DNA from: Bacteroidales bacterium
GTDB lineage: Bacteria > Bacteroidota > Bacteroidia > Bacteroidales > WCHB1-69
Direction of reading: 5' to 3'
Length of the DNA stretch: 59,764 nucleotides
Assembly: GCA_045116675.1 (NCBI GenBank)
Contig: JBGUMF010000063.1
Coordinates: 1-59,764, forward strand
Position numbers and translations under genes: made by a program. The notes below the pieces were generated by a model that was not told where the DNA came from, did not search any database, and was given only the letters and a program-made list of their open reading frames with translations. Shown here in pieces: positions 7,942-17,400 of the stretch (position 1 is its first letter; each line of letters starts with the position of its first letter).

Positions 7942-8997
7942 TTAGTGATTAATGACTTGAGAATAGTGATCGTTCAATTTCTCCGCCACCTTTTCCGCTA
8001 TGTTTCTTCTTCCTCGCTGGTTGTAGTGCTCGGTGACGAACGTTTCAAAGAAGTCCTCCTCGCGCACGGAATATTGGTTGTTTACAACGATCACCCCCAT
8101 TGGCTCATACCGTTGGATGATGTACTGGGCGTTTTCCTGCATCAAGTACTCCAAATCTGGTCCGGCCAAGGTCTTGATTTGGTCCATGTTGTCGGCCAGG
8201 ATGTTGAAAACCAAAGTCCAACCCCGCCGCTGGCACAGCCGTGCGATTTTGTCAAAGTCCTTGATCCGAGGGTTCTTGTCGTCCAGCTGGTAGGCGAAGC
8301 ATTTGATGTAGTGGCACGTCAGCTCGATGGTGTCTTGGGATGCCTGTTGCCCATTGAACAGACGATACTGACTGCTGATGGCACGGTCCCATTCGTTGGC
8401 GTTATAATACGGGAAAGGGTGAGGAAACGTGAAAGTCTGTCGTCGCAGACCCTTTCGCACTATCTTGCTCCGTTCAGTCTCCGACCAATGGACGTATGCC
8501 TTGAAAGCCAAAAGCATACGTTTATAAAGTGCTGGCGCCTTCTTCATCAGAATCTGCTCCTTTTGAAGGGCTTGCTCTAAATTGGAATAGATCCATTCGC
8601 TGCTGAACGAGCGCATGTTGACGGTTACGATGACGGTCTTTACAGGATTTTCGCGGGGTATGTTGCGCAGGATGTCGTAATATATGGCGGCATAGACGGC
8701 CCCCTTGGAGATGCACCCCATCTTATGCCCTGGTATCATTTCCCCGATCATAGTGCCAATGGAGTGGCGGTCTGTGTCAGTGGGACTGCAGGAGAATTCG
8801 GAGGATTCTCCAAGGTAGATAATGTCGGCGGTGTCGCGTATGGGGACTTGCGGAAACTCCAGCAGCGAGCAGTAGCGTTCAAGGTCACGAGGGTAGAGGG
8901 TGAACCGATAGACAAGGTCCATTGCCACTAACAAAAGCAACAGCAAGAGGAGCTTCTTTGCGATTTTGAGGATGATATGTCGGGTCTCGTCGGTCAT
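7942..8997 (-). CDS. Membrane-anchored SGNH/DltD-like partner of the MBOAT acyltransferase
   Basis: N-terminal TM helix, YLGESS motif, C-terminal EHYNQRGR; TAATG overlap with the MBOAT stop. Confidence 0.6.
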   Translation of the reverse strand: MTDETRHIILKIAKKLLLLLLLLVAMDLVYRFTLYPRDLERYCSLLEFPQVPIRDTADIIYLGESSEFSCSPTDTDRHSIGTMIGEMIPGHKMGCISKGAVYAAIYYDILRNIPRENPVKTVIVTVNMRSFSSEWIYSNLEQALQKEQILMKKAPALYKRMLLAFKAYVHWSETERSKIVRKGLRRQTFTFPHPFPYYNANEWDRAISSQYRLFNGQQASQDTIELTCHYIKCFAYQLDDKNPRIKDFDKIARLCQRRGWTLVFNILADNMDQIKTLAGPDLEYLMQENAQYIIQRYEPMGVIVVNNQYSVREEDFFETFVTEHYNQRGRRNIAEKVAEKLNDHYSQVINH

Positions 8998-10418
8998 TAG
9001 AATTGGAAATAGATGAATGGATAATGTTGTACCGATGAGAGGGCGATGACAGCGAAGATCATACCGCCGTAGATGGCCCAGCGCAGATATGGGTTGAGTC
9101 GCCCGCACCAATGGTCAAAGCGTTGCTGTTTGAGGATAAGGTCCAGGATGATGAAGGAGCCCAAAGCTATCCAAGTGACGGCGTCAACGTGTAGTTGGTG
9201 CGGCAGCGAGCCGTTGTGCGTCCATGCGGCGAAGAGGTCATGGAGGTTGGCGAAGGAGGTGGCGCGGAAGATGCTCCACAGCAGGGTGACGATAAGGAAC
9301 GTCTTGCCGATGTTGAGCAAGCTGATGACAGTTTTTCCGGTGGGATTTTCAATCTTGTCAAAAACATGGATGTTACGGAGACCACGTTCCAAAACCAACA
9401 GCAGTCCGTAGGCGAAGCCCCAGATCATGAAGGTCCAGTTGGACCCGTGCCAGATGCCGCATACGGTGAAGACAATGAGCGTGTTGAGTGCCCAGCGCGG
9501 CACAGCTACACGGTTACCTCCCAAGGGTATGTACAGGTAGTCGCGGAACCATGTGGAGAGCGAGATGTGCCAACGCCGCCAGAACTCTTGGATGCTGCCC
9601 GCCTGATAGGGTGCCTTGAAGTTGTCAATCAGGGTGAATCCCATGCAGAGGGCACAACCTAAGGCGATGGTGGAGTATCCGAAGAAATCGCCGTAAATCT
9701 GGAACGAGTAGAAAAGCATGGCGAGGGAGATGTCCATGGTGTTGAAATCCGCCGGGTTGGCATACACCTGATCCACATATTGCCCTAAGTTGTCGGCCAC
9801 GACCATTTTCAGGAAGAGCCCGAAAAGGATGAGGCGCAAGCCGTTGGCGATGTTGTCGTATTGCAGGGCTTTATCCTCATGCAGCTGGCGGAGCAGGTTC
9901 TGCGGACGCTCGATGGGACCGGTGACCAGCTGGGGGTAGAACATCACGTAGAGGGAGTAGTAGCCGAAATGATGCTCGGCCTTCTGCGTGCCGCGATAGA
10001 CTTCGATCACATAGCTCAGACTCTGGAACGTATGGAACGACAGGCCGATGGGCAGGGCTATCTGGAGCACTTTCCCCGGATTCGACCAGCCGAAATGTTG
10101 CGCCAACGCCACATAGTTGGCACTGCAGAAATTCAGGTATTTGAAGATGAACAGTACGGAACAGGTGGAGATGATGCTGATGATGAGGCAAGCCTTTTTC
10201 TTGGACGCATCATCGGCCCATCGTTCGATGAGAATACCGGCTGTATAATCAATGGCGATGGTGATGAGCAGGATGAGGATGTATTTGGGAATGAACCACA
10301 TATAGAAGAAGCAGCTCGCACCCAACAGCATTATCCATCGGTAACGAGATGGCAGAAGATAGAACAGGATTGTTACTATCGGGAAGAAAATAAGAAATTC
10401 AATCGAATTGAATAACAT
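8997..10418 (-). CDS. MBOAT O-acyltransferase (AlgI/DltB family)
   Basis: MLFNS.EF, LPIGLSFHTFQ, FWRRWHISLSTWFRDYLYIPLGG, GIWHG, FIYFQF. Confidence 0.95.
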   Translation of the reverse strand: MLFNSIEFLIFFPIVTILFYLLPSRYRWIMLLGASCFFYMWFIPKYILILLITIAIDYTAGILIERWADDASKKKACLIISIISTCSVLFIFKYLNFCSANYVALAQHFGWSNPGKVLQIALPIGLSFHTFQSLSYVIEVYRGTQKAEHHFGYYSLYVMFYPQLVTGPIERPQNLLRQLHEDKALQYDNIANGLRLILFGLFLKMVVADNLGQYVDQVYANPADFNTMDISLAMLFYSFQIYGDFFGYSTIALGCALCMGFTLIDNFKAPYQAGSIQEFWRRWHISLSTWFRDYLYIPLGGNRVAVPRWALNTLIVFTVCGIWHGSNWTFMIWGFAYGLLLVLERGLRNIHVFDKIENPTGKTVISLLNIGKTFLIVTLLWSIFRATSFANLHDLFAAWTHNGSLPHQLHVDAVTWIALGSFIILDLILKQQRFDHWCGRLNPYLRWAIYGGMIFAVIALSSVQHYPFIYFQF

Positions 10419-10421
10419 TCT

Positions 10422-11813
10422 TTATTTGAAGAAGAATCGTCTGAAATCAAGTCCTAACGCATAGACCATGAGAACGATAAGGAATGCGAACCCGATGGTG
10501 TTGGCGATGCCGAGGAACTTGTCGCTGGGCTTCTTGCCGGTGATCATCTCAATGAGGATGAATAGGATGTATCCGCCGTCCAGTCCGGGGATGGGGATGA
10601 TGTTCATGAAGGCGAGGATGATGCCCAGCAGGGCGGTCATATTCCAGAAGCGGGCCCAGTCCCACACTTTCGGGAAGATACTGCCGATGGTGAGGAAACT
10701 GCCCAATTGGGTGGCACCCTCCTTGGTGAAGACAATCTTGAACTGCTTGACGTAGTCGCCGAGGGTTTGGAAGCCCATGACAATGCCCTTGGGAATGGAC
10801 TGGAAGAAGCCGTACTCTTCTTTCACGGTGCCGAAGAACTGGTAAGGCTGTTTTGGAGCCACACCGATGGTCCCCATGGAATCCAGACACACGGTGGCTT
10901 GCATCAGGTTGCCGTCTCGGTAGAAATGGAGCTGAATCTCTTCGTTTTTGCTGTTGAGAAACAGTTTTTTGAAGTCGAAGAAACAGAACAGGGCGGTGTC
11001 GTTCACGCCCACGAGGCTGTCGCCCTTGTGGAGCCCGGCTTGTGCCGCTGGGGTGCCATTCAGCACGCTGTCGATGACGAACGGGAAACGGTAGTTGCAG
11101 AAGGGTTCGCCTTGCTTGCTGGCACCTACCACCTTGCGGGCCAATGTCTTGGGGATGTTGATTACCACGGGCTGACCGTCGCGCAACACGGTTACCGTTT
11201 TCACGTCGTCCAGAAGCAGGTCGTTGCTGAAGTCGCCCAGGGTTTGCGGGTGAATGCTGTCGATGAAGAGGATATAGTCGCCGTTTTGGAATCCGGCATC
11301 CAGCATCTCTTGTGAGAACTCAAGACCGTAGCGGGCATTCTCCAAGGGGATGTACTCGCGTCCCCAGGTGAAGCAGATGGCGATGTAGATGATGATGGCT
11401 GACAGGAAGTTGACCAGCACGCCTCCGATGATGATGAAGAAGCGCTGCCAGGCCGGTTTGGCGCGGAACTCCCATTCGTGGACCTCTTCGCTAAGGTCGG
11501 AGGCCTTCGTGTTCTCGTCCACCATGCCGTTGATGGCGCAGAAACCACCCAGCGGCAGCCAGCCCAACCCCCATTCGGTGTTCTCCGGATGGTCGGCCCA
11601 CTCTTTGGGGGCGCGACCGGAGAAGAAGCTGAAATGCATCTTGCCGTCGAATTTCTTCATCCGGACAATGGAAAAGCCGGGGTTGAAGAAGAGATAGAAC
11701 TGGTCCACCCGCGTTTTGAAAATCTTGGCGAAGGTGAAATGCCCTAACTCATGGGTGATTATGAGGAATGAGAGGCTGGCAATCAGGCCTAATATTTGAG
11801 TAGCTATGCCCAT
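10422..11813 (-). CDS. rseP: RIP metalloprotease RseP
   Basis: HELGH, PLGG, PDZ regions, NIIPIPGLDGG; start taken at ATG 11813. Confidence 0.95.
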   Translation of the reverse strand: MGIATQILGLIASLSFLIITHELGHFTFAKIFKTRVDQFYLFFNPGFSIVRMKKFDGKMHFSFFSGRAPKEWADHPENTEWGLGWLPLGGFCAINGMVDENTKASDLSEEVHEWEFRAKPAWQRFFIIIGGVLVNFLSAIIIYIAICFTWGREYIPLENARYGLEFSQEMLDAGFQNGDYILFIDSIHPQTLGDFSNDLLLDDVKTVTVLRDGQPVVINIPKTLARKVVGASKQGEPFCNYRFPFVIDSVLNGTPAAQAGLHKGDSLVGVNDTALFCFFDFKKLFLNSKNEEIQLHFYRDGNLMQATVCLDSMGTIGVAPKQPYQFFGTVKEEYGFFQSIPKGIVMGFQTLGDYVKQFKIVFTKEGATQLGSFLTIGSIFPKVWDWARFWNMTALLGIILAFMNIIPIPGLDGGYILFILIEMITGKKPSDKFLGIANTIGFAFLIVLMVYALGLDFRRFFFK

Positions 11814-11837
11814 AGTGTGTTCTTTTTTTATCGGGCG

Positions 11838-11865
11838 CAAAAATAGTGAAATTTTTGTACTTTTG
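11838..11865. promoter_or_regulatory. Back-to-back divergent -7 boxes: TATTTTTG on - (11838-11845) and TACTTTTG on + (11858-11865)
   Basis: Both match TAnnTTTG and point to the flanking genes. Confidence 0.7.
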
Positions 11866-11883
11866 CACTTTCAAATTTTAAAC

Positions 11884-12549
11884 ATGGACACGCCTGATAT
11901 CACGCCAACACCCTCTTCCGGACCGAAAAAGAAGGTTCTGTTCCTCATCGGAATCATTTTCGGCATCCTCCTCGGGGCCTTGCTCACCATGTTCATTACG
12001 GACTGGCTGGATTACCGGCGCCCTACGGAAGTGCGCGTGCTTACGCCTCAACCAAGCGGGAAAGGAGCAGACACAGTGGTCAAATATGTTGTCCATCGGC
12101 ATGAGACAGCCCCGGAAGAACAATTGTACCATGCGGTTGCCGACACGGCGCGGGTGGACACGGCCTTCGCAGACGATTCCTCGCAGGACCTCTATCTGGA
12201 TGAGGATGGGCTGGCTGACGCTGATGACGATGAGGTGGTGGTAACTGAAAAGATGATTGCCCGCCAGATGCTGAAGATTCAGTATCTGGATAACAATAAA
12301 AAGGAGATTCCGGTTCCCGAGAATGCGCCTGCGGAAATCCAATTCCAGCAGTGGGAAACGCCTGTGCGCAATAAACTCTCATACCAGCTTACGGGTAACA
12401 TATTGAAAGTGAAGGGTATGTCAGCCCAAAATGTTAAGATTGTCCATTATAGGGGAAAACTCTATCTTGTGCGCGGACATCAGGCATACCCCCTCACACC
12501 CAACATGCCGTTCGACCGTTTGGTGGAAGATTATGAGGCGGGGCTGTGA
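11884..12549 (+). CDS. Hypothetical single-pass membrane protein
   Basis: N-terminal TM helix after KKK, acidic linker, promoter box upstream. Confidence 0.7.
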   Translation: MDTPDITPTPSSGPKKKVLFLIGIIFGILLGALLTMFITDWLDYRRPTEVRVLTPQPSGKGADTVVKYVVHRHETAPEEQLYHAVADTARVDTAFADDSSQDLYLDEDGLADADDDEVVVTEKMIARQMLKIQYLDNNKKEIPVPENAPAEIQFQQWETPVRNKLSYQLTGNILKVKGMSAQNVKIVHYRGKLYLVRGHQAYPLTPNMPFDRLVEDYEAGL

Positions 12550-12580
12550 TTTTTAGGGTACCTGTTGTTAATAAGAAACT

Positions 12581-13042
12581 TTATTTGCAATTCTCCAGCG
12601 TAATGCCGAAGTCGCTGATACCTTTCACCTTGTCGGTGCGCATACCTTGTGTGACCGTAAAGGTGTAAGTTCCTGTGCGGGGAAAACGGATCTTGGGCTG
12701 GAACAGGAACATGTTGTCCTTGATGCGTCCCTGGCCCTTGCCGGTCCATTTGCCGAACTTGTCGCATACGATGAAGCCAAGCGTGTCCTGCTCGCTGTGC
12801 CCGTCCGGGTATTTTGTCTTCATGAAGACATAGAAATTCTGCGTCTCAAAGTCCGTGGTGTTCCGAAGATGAATATACATATTATAATATGCCATCGAGT
12901 CTGTGATATCTACTTTGAAGACCAACGGTTTCTTTACATCCCATTTTTCGTTGGGGATGGCTTGGATGTTGCTGTAATAACGGCTATGGCAGCCCGAAAA
13001 GCATATTAGCAGCACGATGATGGCGAAAAAGGTTCTTCTCAT
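12581..13042 (-). CDS. gldH: Gliding motility lipoprotein GldH
   Basis: Lipobox FSGC; DTL......GKW.GKG and QGMR...KGISDFGI motifs. Confidence 0.9.
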   Translation of the reverse strand: MRRTFFAIIVLLICFSGCHSRYYSNIQAIPNEKWDVKKPLVFKVDITDSMAYYNMYIHLRNTTDFETQNFYVFMKTKYPDGHSEQDTLGFIVCDKFGKWTGKGQGRIKDNMFLFQPKIRFPRTGTYTFTVTQGMRTDKVKGISDFGITLENCK

Positions 13043-13069
13043 AAGGCCGAAATTGAAAAGGGTGGGGGA

Positions 13070-14356
13070 CTATGAGTCTGCGATGTGTTTGAGTTCGTCC
13101 ATGCTGATGTTGTTGCCCTCTTCCACTTTCTTCTGGTTGACCAGGGCAAACTCTTCCAGCGTTTCCGGAACTTTCCCTTCGTTGTTCATTTTGATGATCA
13201 TCTTCACCTTGTCCAAGGGTAAGGCGAAGATGGTGGACGCATCGTTGGAATAGGAATACCAGACGATTTTCTTGAAGATGTCTATTTTGTTGTAAATACC
13301 TCTACCTTTTTTTGTCTTGAGTTGTACGTTGGGCTGTGGGAATTCTTTCAGTTCCTGAATATAGGTGTCTTGTTCGAAGTTCAGGCAGCATTTGAGCTTG
13401 CCGCACATGCCGGCCAGCTTCTGAGGATTGAGGGAGAGCTGCTGTGTGCGTGCGGTGCTCGTGGAGACGGACTGGAAGTTGGTCAGCCAGGAGGAGCAGC
13501 AGAGCTCGCGCCCGCAGGAACCAAGTCCGCCCAAGCGGGCCGCCTCCTGACGCACGCCGATCTGGCGCATCTCGATGCGGATGTGGAACTGCTCGGCCAG
13601 AATCTTGATGAGCTCGCGGAAGTCCACACGCTCCTCGGCAGAGTAGTAGAAGATGGCCTTCGTGCCGTCGCCCTGGTACTCCACATCATTGACTTTCATC
13701 TTCAAATTAAGGTCCCAAGCCGTGTAACGCGATTTCAACATGGTCTCGTTCTCCAGCCCAACGGTGGCAATCCATTCCTCAATGTCGGCGTAACGTGCCG
13801 TGCGGTAGAGCTTTTTCACCACATCAGAAGCCTTCACATGTTTGTGCTCCATCTGTCGTTTCACCTGCAGGCCTAACATGGAGATGATGCCGATGTCGTG
13901 GCCGGGATTGGCCTCCACCGCCACAATATCCCCCACTTTGAAGACACCGTCGGGCGGTAGCAGGAAGAAATCCTTATGGCTGTTCTTGAACCGCACCTCG
14001 GCGATGGGAAACTCAATGTAGTCCAGCGAAATGTCCAATTTGGAAATCCAGTCGTAGGAGGGCAGCTTGCAGCTGTTGTAGTTGTACTGCCGGCAGTTCA
14101 CCTTCTCCGGCTCCGGAATGTTGTTCAGACCCCTCGTCAGGAAGATGTTCTCGGAGATTTTCTTGGACTCGGGGGAGAGCCCGGTGCGGATGTCCATGTC
14201 CAGATATTGCTCCCAATCTTCCACGGGCGCATGGTCTTTGTCCTCCAGATTGACTTTCTCCTTGGGTTTCCCTTTAGGGGTGTCTTGTTTTTTAATATCT
14301 TGATTTATAGTCTCTTTTTCGGATAATTCAGGTTCCTGCTTCACTTTTTCAGTCAT
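13070..14356 (-). CDS. PSP1/RicT (YaaT) Fe-S regulatory protein
   Basis: RVDFRELIK, RIEMRQIGVRQEA, GSCGRELCC, GMCGKLKCCLNFE; start taken at ATG 14356. Confidence 0.9.
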   Translation of the reverse strand: MTEKVKQEPELSEKETINQDIKKQDTPKGKPKEKVNLEDKDHAPVEDWEQYLDMDIRTGLSPESKKISENIFLTRGLNNIPEPEKVNCRQYNYNSCKLPSYDWISKLDISLDYIEFPIAEVRFKNSHKDFFLLPPDGVFKVGDIVAVEANPGHDIGIISMLGLQVKRQMEHKHVKASDVVKKLYRTARYADIEEWIATVGLENETMLKSRYTAWDLNLKMKVNDVEYQGDGTKAIFYYSAEERVDFRELIKILAEQFHIRIEMRQIGVRQEAARLGGLGSCGRELCCSSWLTNFQSVSTSTARTQQLSLNPQKLAGMCGKLKCCLNFEQDTYIQELKEFPQPNVQLKTKKGRGIYNKIDIFKKIVWYSYSNDASTIFALPLDKVKMIIKMNNEGKVPETLEEFALVNQKKVEEGNNISMDELKHIADS

Positions 14357-14466
14357 AATGTATATTAGGGTTTTAAAATGGGTGCAAAAATACGAAATAA
14401 TGTGCAATTCCCGAGGGTCATGCGGAAGGGCCGGCCATCGCGGCCATTAAAGTTATGGGGATGAAA

Positions 14467-17400
14467 CTATTTGTGCTGTTCATTCTTCTTGCCTTGTTTT
14501 GATTTCTCGACGGTTTCTTTTCCCTGTTTGGGTTTCTTGGCAGTGCCCTTTTGTTTGCGTTTGCTGTTGAAATCCTGCTTGAAAGCCAATGCCACACCTG
14601 CCACATAGTTGATCTGGTTGTCATGCATGTAGAGGTCTTCGTTGCGCTCGCCGATGTTGGTGTAGGCTTTCACTTTCCATGTGCCGGTCTTGTTGAGACT
14701 GTACTGCAGCATAAGGTCGCCGTACATGTTGTTGGCGGCCGAGCGGGTGGCGTCGTCATAGTAGCCGATACTGGTCTCGATGGTCATGCGGTCCTTGAGC
14801 AGACTGGCGTTGGCGGTCAATCCGTATTCGGCGGCACTCGTCTCCGTTTCCTGATTGTAGGTGATGCCGAAGGAGCCTTTTTGATTCTCCATGATGGAAC
14901 TCAGCATGTTGTTGACCATGTTACGGAACAGGTTGGTGATTTGGAATCCGCTGCCGTTTCCGGAGAACAGATCCGATGCCATGAAGTTGTTGGTGATTAG
15001 AAAATAGGCGAACTGCTTGGTGGTGTTCTCCTTGTTGGATGTGTCGATGGCCGTATAAAACAGGTTGCGGAACTCTTCGCTGCTGTTGGGGAGCTCGAAG
15101 CTGAATGTAGGTTCCAACTGCTTCATGATAGGACCGTTCAGATGCATATAGGCGTTGACGGGAACGGCATTGCCGGAATAGCCCTCCGGGATGATGTTGG
15201 TGAGGGAGGTCTTGGATGTCTTGAATGCACTGATGTTGACGACCATATCCTCCAGCGGACCGTCGAAGTGGATGGTGCCGCCCGGTACCAAGGTCAGACG
15301 CGAGTTGAGCAGGTTGTACAAGGCGATTTTGAAGTCGCCGGAATGGAGCGACAGGTTGCCGTAAAGCCCTAAGTCGTTCTGCTGCATGTCGTAGGTTAAC
15401 TGGAAAAGTCCGTCGGCACGGGCGTTCATGGTGCCGCCGATGGATTCCAGAATCAGGACGATATTGGCATCGTTCTTCACATCAAACGTGAAATCCAACA
15501 GGATGTTGGTCTTTGAGTCTGATTCTATGATGGTGGATGACAAGTCTTCGTTCTTGTCGGAGGCCTTCGGCTTGAACTGGATGATGTCGGACTGGGATGC
15601 CGAGTTGGCGGAACTCACCTGTAAGGTGATCTTGGTGCCGGTCAGAGTCTGCAAATTGTCCCCTTTGATGAGGATTTTCTCACCATCGCCTGTGATGTTC
15701 ACGATACCGGAAGCATAGCCGGTGCCGTAAAAGATGGAGGTGGCATCCTTCGGCGTGTTCAGAACTTGAAGCCGGTTTGTCCGGATGTTCAGGTCCAGGG
15801 TCATGTCGCGGAAGAAGTTGTGGTGGATGTGCCCGTTCATGTAGGCCACGTTGCCGTCACGGTCGGTGATGCGCATGTTGTCGAAGTGGATGCCCTTGGC
15901 GTCGAATCCGATGTCCTGATCCTTGACGTTATAGTTGGTGCCGATGGACGAGATGTCCATGTTGGCGTCCACCACGTGGACTGTGCCGTCAAAGTAGGAG
16001 GCTTTCGGGGTGGAGTAGAAGGAGAGCTTGCCGGAGGCTTTCCCATTGATGTAATTGCTGAAGCTGGAGAGGAACGGGGTGAGGAATCCGGCACTGAGGG
16101 AGTCGAAGCTGGTATGGATGGCCAAATCCTTTTTTTCAGGATAATAATGCCCTCGGATTTCGGCGGTCTTGTCCTGCGCCTGTATGAATTGCCGCACATC
16201 GAAAGAGGCAAGGTCCTTGGCCATCAGAGGTTTGCTTTCTTGGAAGATTCCGCCGGTGAAGATGATTTGTCCCACGGTGTCCAAGGCGGCCAAGGCAAAC
16301 ACATCGCCGATGGAGTCCTGATTGAACTTGAAATCACTGATTAAGGCTTTGCCGAATGTTATCATCTTCTTGTCGCGGTTCAGGACGGTGAAGTCGGCGG
16401 ACAACAGCCCGTCAAATTCCATGTTGTTGACCACAGAATTCACCATCGACACGTTCATGTCGTTGACTTTCAGCTTCAGCTCGCCGTTCTTTTTCTTGGA
16501 GAATAAACCGTCGGCGCTGATGCCTCGGGTTTGGTCGTCGGTGAAGACGAGGTTTTGGATAAGAATACCGTCCGGTTGGATGCGCACGGAGTTGTTATCA
16601 ATGAATCCCCAACGGTGGTCGTTGATGTAAATGCCGGATTCGGAAATGTTGACGGCTATGTCCTTCAAATCATCCAGGCTGACCATACCAGCCATCTGGG
16701 AGTTAGGCGTGGTTTTGCTGTTGAAACGGTTCTGCCAGCGGAGGTCGTAGCGAATGGTGTCGTCCTGTGTGCGTGTGCCAAGGGAAATATTGTCGAATGG
16801 AATCCGTGTGTTTGTCAGAATAGCGATAACGGAGTCGGATTTGAAGTTCAAATCCAAGGTCCTGTGGTCTTCACTGCTGCCGTTGACCGTAAGATTATAA
16901 ACGGCTACCTTACGTCGTATGCCGATGAAGGGCACGGAAGCGGAAATCACATCGTCGTTGGCAGAAGAACTGATCTCCACATCCAAATTGCAGTTGGGCG
17001 CAATAAAGATGTCGGGATTAAACAGCCGGACCAGATTGTAGGTGTTGTAGGTGGCGACGTGCGCCTTGATGTAGCCATCCTGCCGACTGTAATGGGTCGG
17101 ATTTTCAACACCCGATTCCTCCCTTTTTTTGCCGGAATTTTTTAAAAGATCAGGGAAATAGTTGAAGGCCAATGTTTTTAGCGAATCCAGCATGGTGGCG
17201 GTCGGGTACGAACTCTCCAAAGTGGCGTTCACCATACTGGAACTGAGGATGAATTTGTGGAAGTCTTCCCTGTTGATGGCCGTCAGACGGAGGCGCTTGT
17301 TTGACATCTCCCCCTGATCGTTCTGATACCGGATGTTGTCACACCCTAAATATCCGTTCAGGTTGTCCAGACAATTGCCCTTGAAGGCAATCATAAAGTT

